Shown here piece after piece: positions 55,990 to 64,000 of a stretch of DNA of 64,000 nt. This DNA comes from Bryobacterales bacterium. GTDB lineage: Bacteria; Acidobacteriota; Terriglobia; Bryobacterales; UBA6623. Below the pieces are notes generated by a model. It did not search any database. It saw only the letters and a list, made by a program, of their open reading frames with translations, and was not told the origin of the DNA. A program made the translations under genes and the position numbers. How positions within the stretch are numbered: the first letter of the stretch is position 1; every line of letters starts with the position of its first letter. Where the stretch lies: assembly GCA_040902925.1 (NCBI GenBank), contig JBBDWJ010000262.1:12768-76767 (forward strand), written 5' to 3'.

Positions 55990-57604
55990 CGCGCAAGAGC
56001 GCGGCGCGGTACTCTCCGGCGCTCTATCGGCGCGCGGCGACGGGGCCCGCTGGGGCGGCGCGCGCTCGCCCGGGACACCCTGGGAAGAGACACGCTGGGA
56101 AGGGGCGCACTCGGAAGGGCCACACTGCGACGAGCGGGTTCGAGGTGCGCCGCTGATCGCGACATTCGCACCGCTAGCGGCGGCCGCAAGCTGGATGCTG
56201 ATCGGCCAAGAAACGAGCGGTGCGGCCATTGCGCTGGCGGCGGGAGGCGTCTGGGCGGCTGCCCTGATGCTGTCGCTCAAGGTGCTGCGGCTCGATCCCC
56301 TTTCGCCGGCGATGATCTATCTCTATCTACTGGGGCTGTTTCACCTTGGGCTGGCGGTCCCGTGGGCGCTGGGGCTAGAAGCCTCGCCGCCGCCGCTTTG
56401 GTTGACCACCAAGGACTTGAACCCGGCGCTGGCGCTGGTCCTCACCGCAACCGCAAGCTATCTCGGCGGGGCCTCGATCGCGGTGTGGCTATGGCCCCGC
56501 GCGCCCGGCCCGGGCCCAGGCATCCGCTGCTACAACGACGCGCTCTGCGCCGTCGGGCTGGCGGTCGTGGCGCTGGGATTGCTCGCCTTCTCGGGCGGCA
56601 TCTACTCGCTTGGCCTGGAGCGGCTGCTGCGCTCCGACTACAGCGAGACCTACGAGCTGGCCAGCCATTACGATCCGAGGTTTTTCGCCACCAGCATGAC
56701 GTTTGTGCCGCTGGGGTTGTACCTGGCCGTGGCCGGCGCCCGCCGGAGATTTCTGACTTGGGTAATTGGCCTCGGCGTGCTGTGGGGCGGTTGCGTCTTG
56801 TTCCTCGGGTTTCGCGGCTACGCCCTTGTCCCCGCGATCACGATCTTCGCGGTGCTGCACAAACGCGGCGTGCGCCTGCCGCGCATCGCCTACCTCGCGG
56901 GCGTGCTCACAGTGTTGGCGATCATCCCGCTGGTTCGCGCCGCGCGCGCCGATCGCCTCGCGGATCGGGGCGTAGCCGCGGAGCTTACGATCACCGCGCC
57001 GCTGGCGGCCGTCGAAGAGATGGGCGGCAGCCTGCGCGCCCTCGTGCACACGATCGAGTTCCTCGAGAACGAATCTTTTCGTTGGGGCGGCACTTACTGG
57101 CAAGCGCTGCGTTCCGTGGTGCCTAACGTCTCGTTCGCTTGGCAAGGAGGGGAATACTTGCCGCTCGAGCAGTTGCCCCCGAGCCACTGGATGACCTTGC
57201 AGGCGGCGCCTCATACCTACCGCGCCCACGGCGGTCTGGGTTTTTCGTCTATTGCAGAGCCGTACATGAATTTCGGCGTTCCGGGAGTTGCGGTCTATTT
57301 TTTCTTGCTAGCGGCATTCCTTGTCACGGCATACCGCGGCGATGCCGCCCAGCCGGCACGTCTGGCGCTTTGGGCGGTGGTTCTGGGGCCGCTGCTCTGG
57401 ACCGTGCGGAACGATTTTCACGGCTTCTTCCGGCCCGTGTTGTTGGGTATAGCCTGCATTGCCGCTGCCCGCCTGCTTGCGAATTCCTTGCCCTCTACCC
57501 GGAGCTGCTCGAAGGCGCCGCGACTCGGGCCAACCCATGTGGCGGAGCCCAAGTTCAGGCGCGCCATCGAATTCCGAACAGCGAGGCTCAATTCCGTTCG
57601 ATGA
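55979..57604 (+). CDS. O-antigen polymerase (Wzy)-like polytopic membrane protein
   Basis: About 10 or more TM helices with a large loop, within a polysaccharide gene context. The first ~72 codons are Arg/Gly/Trp-rich low complexity containing a 15-nt tandem repeat. The real start may be ATG 56195. Confidence 0.55.
   Translation: MSSSAQERGAVLSGALSARGDGARWGGARSPGTPWEETRWEGAHSEGPHCDERVRGAPLIATFAPLAAAASWMLIGQETSGAAIALAAGGVWAAALMLSLKVLRLDPLSPAMIYLYLLGLFHLGLAVPWALGLEASPPPLWLTTKDLNPALALVLTATASYLGGASIAVWLWPRAPGPGPGIRCYNDALCAVGLAVVALGLLAFSGGIYSLGLERLLRSDYSETYELASHYDPRFFATSMTFVPLGLYLAVAGARRRFLTWVIGLGVLWGGCVLFLGFRGYALVPAITIFAVLHKRGVRLPRIAYLAGVLTVLAIIPLVRAARADRLADRGVAAELTITAPLAAVEEMGGSLRALVHTIEFLENESFRWGGTYWQALRSVVPNVSFAWQGGEYLPLEQLPPSHWMTLQAAPHTYRAHGGLGFSSIAEPYMNFGVPGVAVYFFLLAAFLVTAYRGDAAQPARLALWAVVLGPLLWTVRNDFHGFFRPVLLGIACIAAARLLANSLPSTRSCSKAPRLGPTHVAEPKFRRAIEFRTARLNSVR
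56075..56134. repeat. four degenerate 15-nt tandem repeats
   Basis: acaccctgggaagag / acacgctgggaaggg / gcgcactcggaaggg / ccacactgcgacgag. In frame these translate as the 5-aa period TPWEE-TRWEG-AHSEG-PHCDE. Confidence 0.55.
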
Positions 57605-58872
57605 GAGTTGCTATCGTCAGCGAGCATCGCTTTCATCGCACGCCGCAAGGCGGCGTCGTGACTGCCGGGCCGTTCCCTTATTCTTTCTGGAAGCGCTACC
57701 TGACGGTGTTCGATAGCGTTTCCATCGTGGCTCGATCCGTGGAGCAAGAGCCTGCGCCTGCCGAAGCCCTCCGGAGCGATGGTCAGGGAGTTTCGCTCTA
57801 TCCGCTTCCGGACTATCGAGGCCCACGGCAGTTTTTCCACAAAGCCCATGAAACAAGGCGTGCGCTGCTAGCGGGGATCGCCGGCAGCGACGCGGTGATC
57901 CTGCGGCTGCCTTCGGCGCTGGCCTGTCTTATTGGCGGCTGGTTGCGGCGCACCGGGCGTCCCTACGCCGTGGAGGTCGTCGGCGACCCCTGGGACGCGC
58001 TTGGTCCCGGCGCCCACCGCCATCCCCTGAGAGCCCTTTTCCGGCGGATACTGACTTGCTCGCAGCAGCGGCAGTGCGCAGCGAGTTCGGCCGCACTCTA
58101 CGTGACCCAGCGGGCGCTGCAATCCCGATATCCCCCGCCTCCAGGCCGTTTCAACGTCGGTTGCTCCGACGTCGAGCTGCCCCGCTCGGCCTTCGTAGAG
58201 CAGCCGCGTTCCCTGCGAGCCGCCTCACGCCAGCCCGCCGCGGTCACCGTCGGCTCTCTCGGCCACCTTTACAAGGCGCCGGATGTGCTGCTCGAGGCCG
58301 TCGCCGTATGTGCATGCAACGGCCTCCGGTTGCGGCTAGCGATCGTCGGCGACGGGCAGTATCGCCACGCGCTAGAGACCCGGGCCAGGCTGCTCGGCAT
58401 TGAAGACCTGGCCACTTTTCGCGGCCACCTCCCGTTCGGGGCGGCTGTCCGCCGGGAACTCGACGCAGCGGACCTGTTCGTGCTGCCTTCGCGACAGGAA
58501 GGCCTGCCGCGGGCGTTGCTCGAAGCCATGGCCCGAGCGCTGCCCGCCATCGGCTCGACCGTCGGGGGTATTCCGGAACTGCTTGCGCCGGCGGATCTCG
58601 TTCCGCCCAACGATCCCGCGGCTCTCGCGCGCAAGCTGGACGAGGTACTTCGAGACCCTTCGAGGCTGCACCGAATGTCTGCCGCGAATCTGCGCAAGGC
58701 GCACGAGTACGAGGAAACGCAGCTAGAGCAACGCAGGAATCGATTTTTGGAACATGTACGCGCGGAAACGGAAAAGCATCTCCGTGGCGGGGCCGATGCC
58801 GCGTTCGTCGGAGAACCGGTATCGCCGGGAGACATCGCGCCCGGTAGCCAAACTAAAGCGGTGCCCGGCTGA
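57601..58872 (+). CDS. glycosyltransferase family 4 (GT-B, GT1 superfamily)
   Basis: The start MRVAIVSEH overlaps the upstream stop as ATGA. The C-terminal LPSRQEGLPRALLEAMA is the E-x7-E motif. The track ORF (57139) is an upstream extension. Confidence 0.85.
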   Translation: MRVAIVSEHRFHRTPQGGVVTAGPFPYSFWKRYLTVFDSVSIVARSVEQEPAPAEALRSDGQGVSLYPLPDYRGPRQFFHKAHETRRALLAGIAGSDAVILRLPSALACLIGGWLRRTGRPYAVEVVGDPWDALGPGAHRHPLRALFRRILTCSQQRQCAASSAALYVTQRALQSRYPPPPGRFNVGCSDVELPRSAFVEQPRSLRAASRQPAAVTVGSLGHLYKAPDVLLEAVAVCACNGLRLRLAIVGDGQYRHALETRARLLGIEDLATFRGHLPFGAAVRRELDAADLFVLPSRQEGLPRALLEAMARALPAIGSTVGGIPELLAPADLVPPNDPAALARKLDEVLRDPSRLHRMSAANLRKAHEYEETQLEQRRNRFLEHVRAETEKHLRGGADAAFVGEPVSPGDIAPGSQTKAVPG

Positions 58873-58886
58873 AGCCGATCGAAGGA

Positions 58887-60212
58887 GTGGTGCTGCAAAA
58901 GGACTCGTCGCACGACCCGCTCGGCGACGGAATCGTAACGCGATCGAGTCGTGCTGACCGCGTGCTGGCCACTGCCAGACGGTTGGTCGAGGACGCGCTT
59001 TCGACGGTTCGATTTCAGACGTGCCGGCCACCGAAAGGCTCTCCGATTCACATCGCGCGCCGGGCGGGCCGACCATTTCCGGAAAACGCTCCGCTTCTTG
59101 CCCAACTGCTCGGGCGGGAACCGATCGCCTTCGAGACCGAGACGTTGCGTTCGGCGGTTGCGGACCGCTGCATCCTCGTCACCGGCGCGGCGGGCTCGAT
59201 CGGCTCGGAGTTATGCCGTCAAGTCGCCAGCCTTGAGCCGCGCGTTCTCGTAGCCTTTGACAACGCCGAGAGCGGACTGTTTCATCTCGATCAGGACCTG
59301 CTGGGGAGCCTTCCAGGCCGCTTTGTTCCCTGGGTCGGCGACATTCGCGACGTCCGCCGTGTTCACGAAGTGATGGAGCGTCATTCGTTTGATGCGGTTT
59401 TTCATGCGGCCGCCTACAAGCACGTCCCACTGATGGAGGCGTATCCGCTGGAGCTGACCCAAACCAACGTGTTTGGGACCTGGAATCTGGCACAGGCCGC
59501 GGCCGAGCATCGGGTCGGCCGATTCGTGTTGATCTCGACCGACAAGGCGGTCCATCCGGCGAATGTTATGGGCCTGACGAAGCGAGTTGCGGAGTTGCTG
59601 CTGGCGGCGATGGCCAATCACTCTGCAGGCCACACTCGTTTCGCCGCGGTGCGCTTCGGCAACGTGCTCGGATCGAGTGGCAGCGTCGTTCCGACCTTCC
59701 ACGAGCAGATCGCGCGCGGTGGGCCTCTCACGGTGACGCACCCCGACGTGCGGCGCTATTTCATGACCACGCAGGAGGCCGTGCACCTCGTGCTTCAGAC
59801 GGCCGCGATGGCCGACCCTTCCGGTACCTTTGTGCTCGACATGGGAGAGCCCGTGCGAATCATCGATCTGGCGCGCCAGATGATCCGCGCCTGGGGTCTC
59901 GAACCAGACCGCGACATCGAAATTCACTATGTGGGCCTACGCCCTGGCGAGAAACTCGACGAATCGCTGATAGCCAGCGGTGAAAGTGTGGCGCCCACGT
60001 TCCATCCCAAGATCCGAGCGTTGCACGGGGCCAACGCGATTCCTCAGAACCTGGCAGCTTGGCTGCAGGATTTGCGGTTTGCGATCGAAACCCGAGACGA
60101 AACCGGGGCCATCGCGCACATGGCGGGCCTGGTGCCCGAATACGAGCCCGGCGAAACCTGGGCATCAGTGCGGAAGCCGTCAGTGGCGTCGATGCCCGCC
60201 GCGGTCGGTTGA
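58887..60212 (+). CDS. polysaccharide biosynthesis protein CapD-like (NDP-sugar 4,6-dehydratase/epimerase, SDR family)
   Basis: ILVTGAAGSIGSELCRQV Rossmann motif, AAYKHVPLME, ISTDKAV. The start is uncertain. Confidence 0.85.
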   Translation: MVLQKDSSHDPLGDGIVTRSSRADRVLATARRLVEDALSTVRFQTCRPPKGSPIHIARRAGRPFPENAPLLAQLLGREPIAFETETLRSAVADRCILVTGAAGSIGSELCRQVASLEPRVLVAFDNAESGLFHLDQDLLGSLPGRFVPWVGDIRDVRRVHEVMERHSFDAVFHAAAYKHVPLMEAYPLELTQTNVFGTWNLAQAAAEHRVGRFVLISTDKAVHPANVMGLTKRVAELLLAAMANHSAGHTRFAAVRFGNVLGSSGSVVPTFHEQIARGGPLTVTHPDVRRYFMTTQEAVHLVLQTAAMADPSGTFVLDMGEPVRIIDLARQMIRAWGLEPDRDIEIHYVGLRPGEKLDESLIASGESVAPTFHPKIRALHGANAIPQNLAAWLQDLRFAIETRDETGAIAHMAGLVPEYEPGETWASVRKPSVASMPAAVG

Positions 60213-60459
60213 CAGCCTTTCGGCGGCCCAATCTCGCCTGAGCAACGAATCTTGACTGGGCAAGTAGGCAAGTGGGCGAATCGAACAAGTTGCGCCCCAA
60301 GCCGTCTCACCCGAAGCTCGTTCTATGCACTGTGGGCATAAAGAGATCACTTCCTCCGGCGGGCGGCGAGTGGTCGTTGGCGAGTTGCTCAGTCCGAACA
60401 ATCTCGTAGGCCCTTTCGGAACGGCTGATGGCAGTCGCCCTCACTCGGGCGTAAAAAGG

Positions 60460-60687
60460 TCAGCGAAAGCGATTGAAGATGGAGAACGCCAGCGTCAGCA
60501 ATATGCTGAGCACAATACAGGTGACGATCGGGAAGTAGACCGCGGAGTTCTTGCCTCGCCAAACGAGATCGCCGGGGAGCCGGCCTAGGCCCGGCAAGCC
60601 CAATTTCGCGGCCAGCATCACCAACAGACCGAGCACAACGATCCCCAATCCGATGGCGATAAGCATCCGACCGAGGGGCATGGCCAA
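60460..60687 (-). CDS. DUF2905 family small membrane protein
   Basis: 75 aa. LPGDLVWRGKNSAVYFPIVTCIVLSILLTL is the typical DUF2905 pattern. Confidence 0.7.
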   Translation of the reverse strand: MAMPLGRMLIAIGLGIVVLGLLVMLAAKLGLPGLGRLPGDLVWRGKNSAVYFPIVTCIVLSILLTLAFSIFNRFR

Positions 60688-60997
60688 TCCTAACCTCAGT
60701 TTCCATAGGTAGCTTAGCGGTTCCCAAGGATACAGTAACGTGCAAGAGCGAGCCTTGCGCAGATACGCGCGTGTGGCCTATGCCCGCGACCCAACTGTGG
60801 GAGCGCTCGCGAGCGCCCTCCCTTGAGAGTCGCCGAGCGCCGACGGATAGCCTGGTTAGAGTCACAGGCAGACCCCGGGCGGTATCAAACCAACCAAAAG
60901 GGGCCTGAAAAGGCGTCGGACGTCGGCATTCCTACGCCCCTCAGGGTGACCAGCCTGCTGGTAGATTGCGCTTGCGCTTTCGAAGCGATCGTTGAGC

Positions 60998-61417
60998 TCA
61001 GCCCAGTTCCGACTGGCTAAAGAAGAAGGCGATCTCGTTGGCGGCAGTTTCGGGAGCGTCGGAGCCATGAATGGCGTTGCGCTCGATGTCGGTTCCGAAC
61101 TTGCCGCGAATCGTGTCCTTGGCGGCTTTCTTCGAGTCGGTCTCGCCCATTAGTTTGCGCAGCGAAGCGACGGCGTCCTCGCGTTCGAGCGCCATCGGCA
61201 CAACGGGTCCCTCCGTCATGAACTTCACAAGGTCTTTGTAGAAGGGGCGCTCACGGTGGACGGCGTAGAACGCTTGCGCCTGAGCCAGCGAGAGCTGCAC
61301 CATCCGCATGCCGAGAATGCGGAAGCCGGCCTTTTCGATGTCGGCGATGATCTCGCCGATGTGGCCGGCGGAGGTCGAGTCGGGTTTGATGATCGTTAGT
61401 GTTCGTTGGATAGCCAT
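60998..61417 (-). CDS. ndk: nucleoside-diphosphate kinase
   Basis: Start at [13 protein letters not shown]; NAIHGSD contains the active-site His. Confidence 0.93.
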   Translation of the reverse strand: MAIQRTLTIIKPDSTSAGHIGEIIADIEKAGFRILGMRMVQLSLAQAQAFYAVHRERPFYKDLVKFMTEGPVVPMALEREDAVASLRKLMGETDSKKAAKDTIRGKFGTDIERNAIHGSDAPETAANEIAFFFSQSELG

Positions 61418-61569
61418 GATGAATTCTGATGTCTCAAGGAGTCGCGCGGCCGTGAGCGATCTAAGCACGTGGCGACGCAACTCTTAGTGATTTGGAAACT
61501 GATACTGGCCTGGGCCGAAAACTGACATCGACCTAGCCCGATCGACGACCGGGCACTGCGGCGGCAAGA

Positions 61570-62433
61570 TTACATCCGAGCGGCGATGGTGGTTCCCATC
61601 TCGGCCGGCGTCGGCGCCACGGCGATCCCGGCCGCTTCGAGCGCGGCAATCTTGTCCGCGGCGGTGCCTTTGCCGCCCGAGATGATCGCTCCCGCATGGC
61701 CCATGCGGCGGCCCGGCGGCGCTGTGCGTCCGGCGATGAAGGCTGCCACGGGCTTCTTCACGTTCGCCTTGACGTAGGCCGCCGCCTGCTCCTCGGCGGT
61801 TCCACCGATCTCGCCGATCATGATGATGGCGTGCGTATCGGGGTCGTTGTTGAACAGCTCCAGCGAGTCGATGAAATTCGTGCCGATGATCGGGTCGCCA
61901 CCGATGCCGATGCAGGTGGATTGGCCGATGCCGAGGGCCGTCAATTGCCCGACGGCCTCATAGGTCAACGTTCCTGACCGCGAAACAACACCAACATTCC
62001 CCTGCTTGTGGATGTAGCCCGGCATGATGCCCAGCTTGCACTTGCCGGGAGAAATGATGCCGGGACAGTTCGGGCCGATCATCCGCGTTTTCCTGCCCTT
62101 GAGGTAGTTGACCATCTTCACCAGATCGAGCGCCGGGATGCCCTCGGTGATACACACCACCAGCTCGATTCCGCCGTCGGCAGCTTCCATCACCGCGTCA
62201 GCCGCGCCCGCCGCCGGCACGAAAACGATCGATGCGTTGGGCTGCACTTTCTCGATGGCCTGCTGAACCGTGTTGAACACGGGCACGCCAAGCTGTTCGC
62301 TGCCGCCTTTGCCGGGGTGGACCGCACCGACGATCTTCGAGCCGTATTCCATGCATTGGCCGGCATGGAACTGCCCCGCGCGGCCGAAGCCCTGCACGAT
62401 TATGCGGCTGTTTTCATCTACAAGGATGCTCAT
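61570..62433 (-). CDS. sucD: succinate--CoA ligase subunit alpha
   Basis: [15 protein letters not shown] is the phosphohistidine loop, with the full-length SucD pattern. Confidence 0.95.
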   Translation of the reverse strand: MSILVDENSRIIVQGFGRAGQFHAGQCMEYGSKIVGAVHPGKGGSEQLGVPVFNTVQQAIEKVQPNASIVFVPAAGAADAVMEAADGGIELVVCITEGIPALDLVKMVNYLKGRKTRMIGPNCPGIISPGKCKLGIMPGYIHKQGNVGVVSRSGTLTYEAVGQLTALGIGQSTCIGIGGDPIIGTNFIDSLELFNNDPDTHAIIMIGEIGGTAEEQAAAYVKANVKKPVAAFIAGRTAPPGRRMGHAGAIISGGKGTAADKIAALEAAGIAVAPTPAEMGTTIAARM

Positions 62434-62462
62434 GGATTCCTATTGCCGGCCGGCGCCGCGGA

Positions 62463-63620
62463 TCACTTCGCCAACGCCACAATCTTCTCGGCGGCTTCCT
62501 TCATGTCCTTCGCGACGACGAAGTTCATGCCCGACTCTTTGAGAATCTTGCGGCCTTGCTCGACATTCGTCCCTTCGAGCCGCAGCACGATCGGCGCTTT
62601 GACGTCGAGCTCCTTGGCCGCGGCGACGACGCCGTCGGCGAGCACGTCGACCTTCAAAATGCCCCCGAAAATATTGATCAGAATCGCCTTCACGTTGGGG
62701 TCGGAGAGGATGATCCGAAACCCGTTCTTGATCTGGTCGGCATTCGCGCCGCCGCCGACGTCGAGAAAATTCGCCGGCGAACCGCCCGCATACTGAATGA
62801 TGTCCATCGTGGCCATGGCGAGGCCCGCGCCGTTGACCATGCAGCCGATGGCGCCATCGAGCTTGATGTAGTTCAAGCCGTGGTCGTGGGCGTCGGTCTC
62901 GAGCGGCTCTTCTTCTCCGAGATCGCGAAAATCCCTCAGCTCGGGGTTGCGGTAGAGGCCGTTGTCGTCGAAATCCATCTTGGCATCGAGCGCAATGACC
63001 CGGCCATCCTTGGTCAACACGAACGGATTGATCTCGACCAGGCTGGCGTCGGTGGCCTCGTACGCCTTGGCCAGCGCTGTCATCGCCTGCACAGCCGCAG
63101 GCACGACCGCCACCGGGACGTCCATCTTGAAGGCCAGGCGCCGCGCCTGAAACTCCGCCAGGCCGATGCCGGGCTCGATCGTTTCTTTGAGAATCAGCTC
63201 TGGCGTCTTTGCCGCGACCTCCTCGATGTCCATGCCGCCGGCCGCCGAGGCCATGAAAACCGGTTTTTCCAGCGCCCGGTCGAGCACGACGCCCAGATAG
63301 AGCTCGCGGTCGATAGGAAGGGTCTCCTCGACCAGCAAGCGCTTGACGACGCGCCCTTCAGGGCCGGTCTGGTGCGTCACCAGGGTCATGCCGAGGATCT
63401 TGCCGGCGATCTCGGCCGCCTCGCGCGCACTCCCCGCCAGCTTGACGCCGCCGCCTTTGCCGCGGCCGCCGGCATGGATCTGCGCCTTCACCACCACCTT
63501 GCCGCCCAATTCCTCGGCGATGGCCTGGGCCTCTTCAACCGAGAAGGCCACCTTGCCGCGCGGCACGGGAACGTTGTACTGGCGCAAGATCTGCTTAGCC
63601 TGGTATTCGTGGATTTTCAT
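62463..63620 (-). CDS. sucC: succinate--CoA ligase (ADP-forming) subunit beta
   Basis: Start at [15 protein letters not shown] (ATG at 63620). The track ORF to 63989 is an artefactual upstream extension. Confidence 0.95.
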   Translation of the reverse strand: MKIHEYQAKQILRQYNVPVPRGKVAFSVEEAQAIAEELGGKVVVKAQIHAGGRGKGGGVKLAGSAREAAEIAGKILGMTLVTHQTGPEGRVVKRLLVEETLPIDRELYLGVVLDRALEKPVFMASAAGGMDIEEVAAKTPELILKETIEPGIGLAEFQARRLAFKMDVPVAVVPAAVQAMTALAKAYEATDASLVEINPFVLTKDGRVIALDAKMDFDDNGLYRNPELRDFRDLGEEEPLETDAHDHGLNYIKLDGAIGCMVNGAGLAMATMDIIQYAGGSPANFLDVGGGANADQIKNGFRIILSDPNVKAILINIFGGILKVDVLADGVVAAAKELDVKAPIVLRLEGTNVEQGRKILKESGMNFVVAKDMKEAAEKIVALAK

Positions 63621-63702
63621 GAAAACAGCGGCTGCGTGGTAGGATCGGAACGCCGTAGGGAATCTCCCAATATACGGTATCGCCGAACGGCGGCGCAAAC
63701 GC

Positions 63703-64000
63703 ATGGGAGCGGTACTCGAAGCACTCCATAAAGTCACCCGGCGCGAAGATTTGAGCGAGCCGGAAGCCTCCGCCGTGCTCGGCGAGATCCTGCGCGGCGA
63801 GGCAACCCCCGTTCTCATCAGCGGTTTGCTGGTCGCCCTGCGCATGAAGGGCGAGACGGTCGACGAAATCGTCGGCTTCGCGCGCGCCATGCGGGCCGCC
63901 GCCGCCAAGGTCGAATGGAACGGCATGGACCCGGCCATGCTGGTCGATACTTGTGGAACCGGCGGCGACGGGCTGCATTCGTTCAACATATCGACCGCCA
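63703..64000 (+). CDS. trpD: anthranilate phosphoribosyltransferase, N-terminal fragment (continues beyond the window)
   Basis: Read by eye; it is absent from the track because it has no stop in the window. Translation: [52 protein letters not shown]...[17 protein letters not shown]. Confidence 0.85.
   Translation, partial: MGAVLEALHKVTRREDLSEPEASAVLGEILRGEATPVLISGLLVALRMKGETVDEIVGFARAMRAAAAKVEWNGMDPAMLVDTCGTGGDGLHSFNISTA

Noticed and set aside
63621-63989. N-terminal 123-aa extension of the sucC ORF in the track (62463-63989)
   Set aside because: SucC begins at the canonical MKIHEYQAK (ATG 63620). The extension is antisense to the start of trpD, which reads convincingly on the plus strand.

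Overview
GC-rich bacterial chromosomal window with about 57 protein-coding genes on both strands. I found no rRNA, tRNA or CRISPR array by eye.

Most of the content is core housekeeping:
- DNA and translation: xseA, prfB (with its classical +1 frameshift), the yceD-rpmF-plsX cluster, comEC.
- Envelope: lnt, lpxB.
- Redox and sulfur: trxB, metY, an Rrf2 regulator with cysK.
- Central and cofactor metabolism: folP-folB-folK, ndk-sucD-sucC, and the start of trpD.
- Stress and homeostasis: a MerR-type regulator with copA, bcp, a TlpA/DsbD-N redox pair, and an NfeD/SPFH pair.

Lineage-flavoured or accessory genes:
- A secreted caspase-family (C14) protein.
- A 1230-aa NHL-repeat protein and a 609-aa Ig-like protein. 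Both carry the 'Solibacter uncharacterized C-terminal domain' type of module (TIGR03437-like).
- TAT-signal DUF362 and xylose-isomerase-like proteins.
- M1 and M2 peptidases, a DUF4139 protein, an orphan Flp pilin, a TonB-dependent receptor, and a small polysaccharide module (methyltransferase, Wzy-like, GT4, CapD-like).

These point to an Acidobacteriota (Solibacter/Bryobacter-like) genome. That is inference only.

All family calls rest on motif recognition in the supplied translations; no searches were run.

I did not find a convincing, complete, novel multi-gene system. The least ordinary signals are:
1. A family of nested-palindrome (MITE/REP-like) elements bracketing the phosphotriesterase-like gene, with a related structured repeat block between the Rrf2 regulator and cysK.
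2. A 1-kb gene-poor stretch after the caspase gene, with tiny hydrophobic ORFs and a strong terminator.
3. Short inverted repeats and a tRNA-like fragment around the orphan flp gene.
4. An M1 peptidase homologue with a broken zinc motif.
5. Uncharacterised tandem modules inside the giant NHL protein.

The many long ORFs antisense to real genes are GC-driven shadow ORFs and were rejected.
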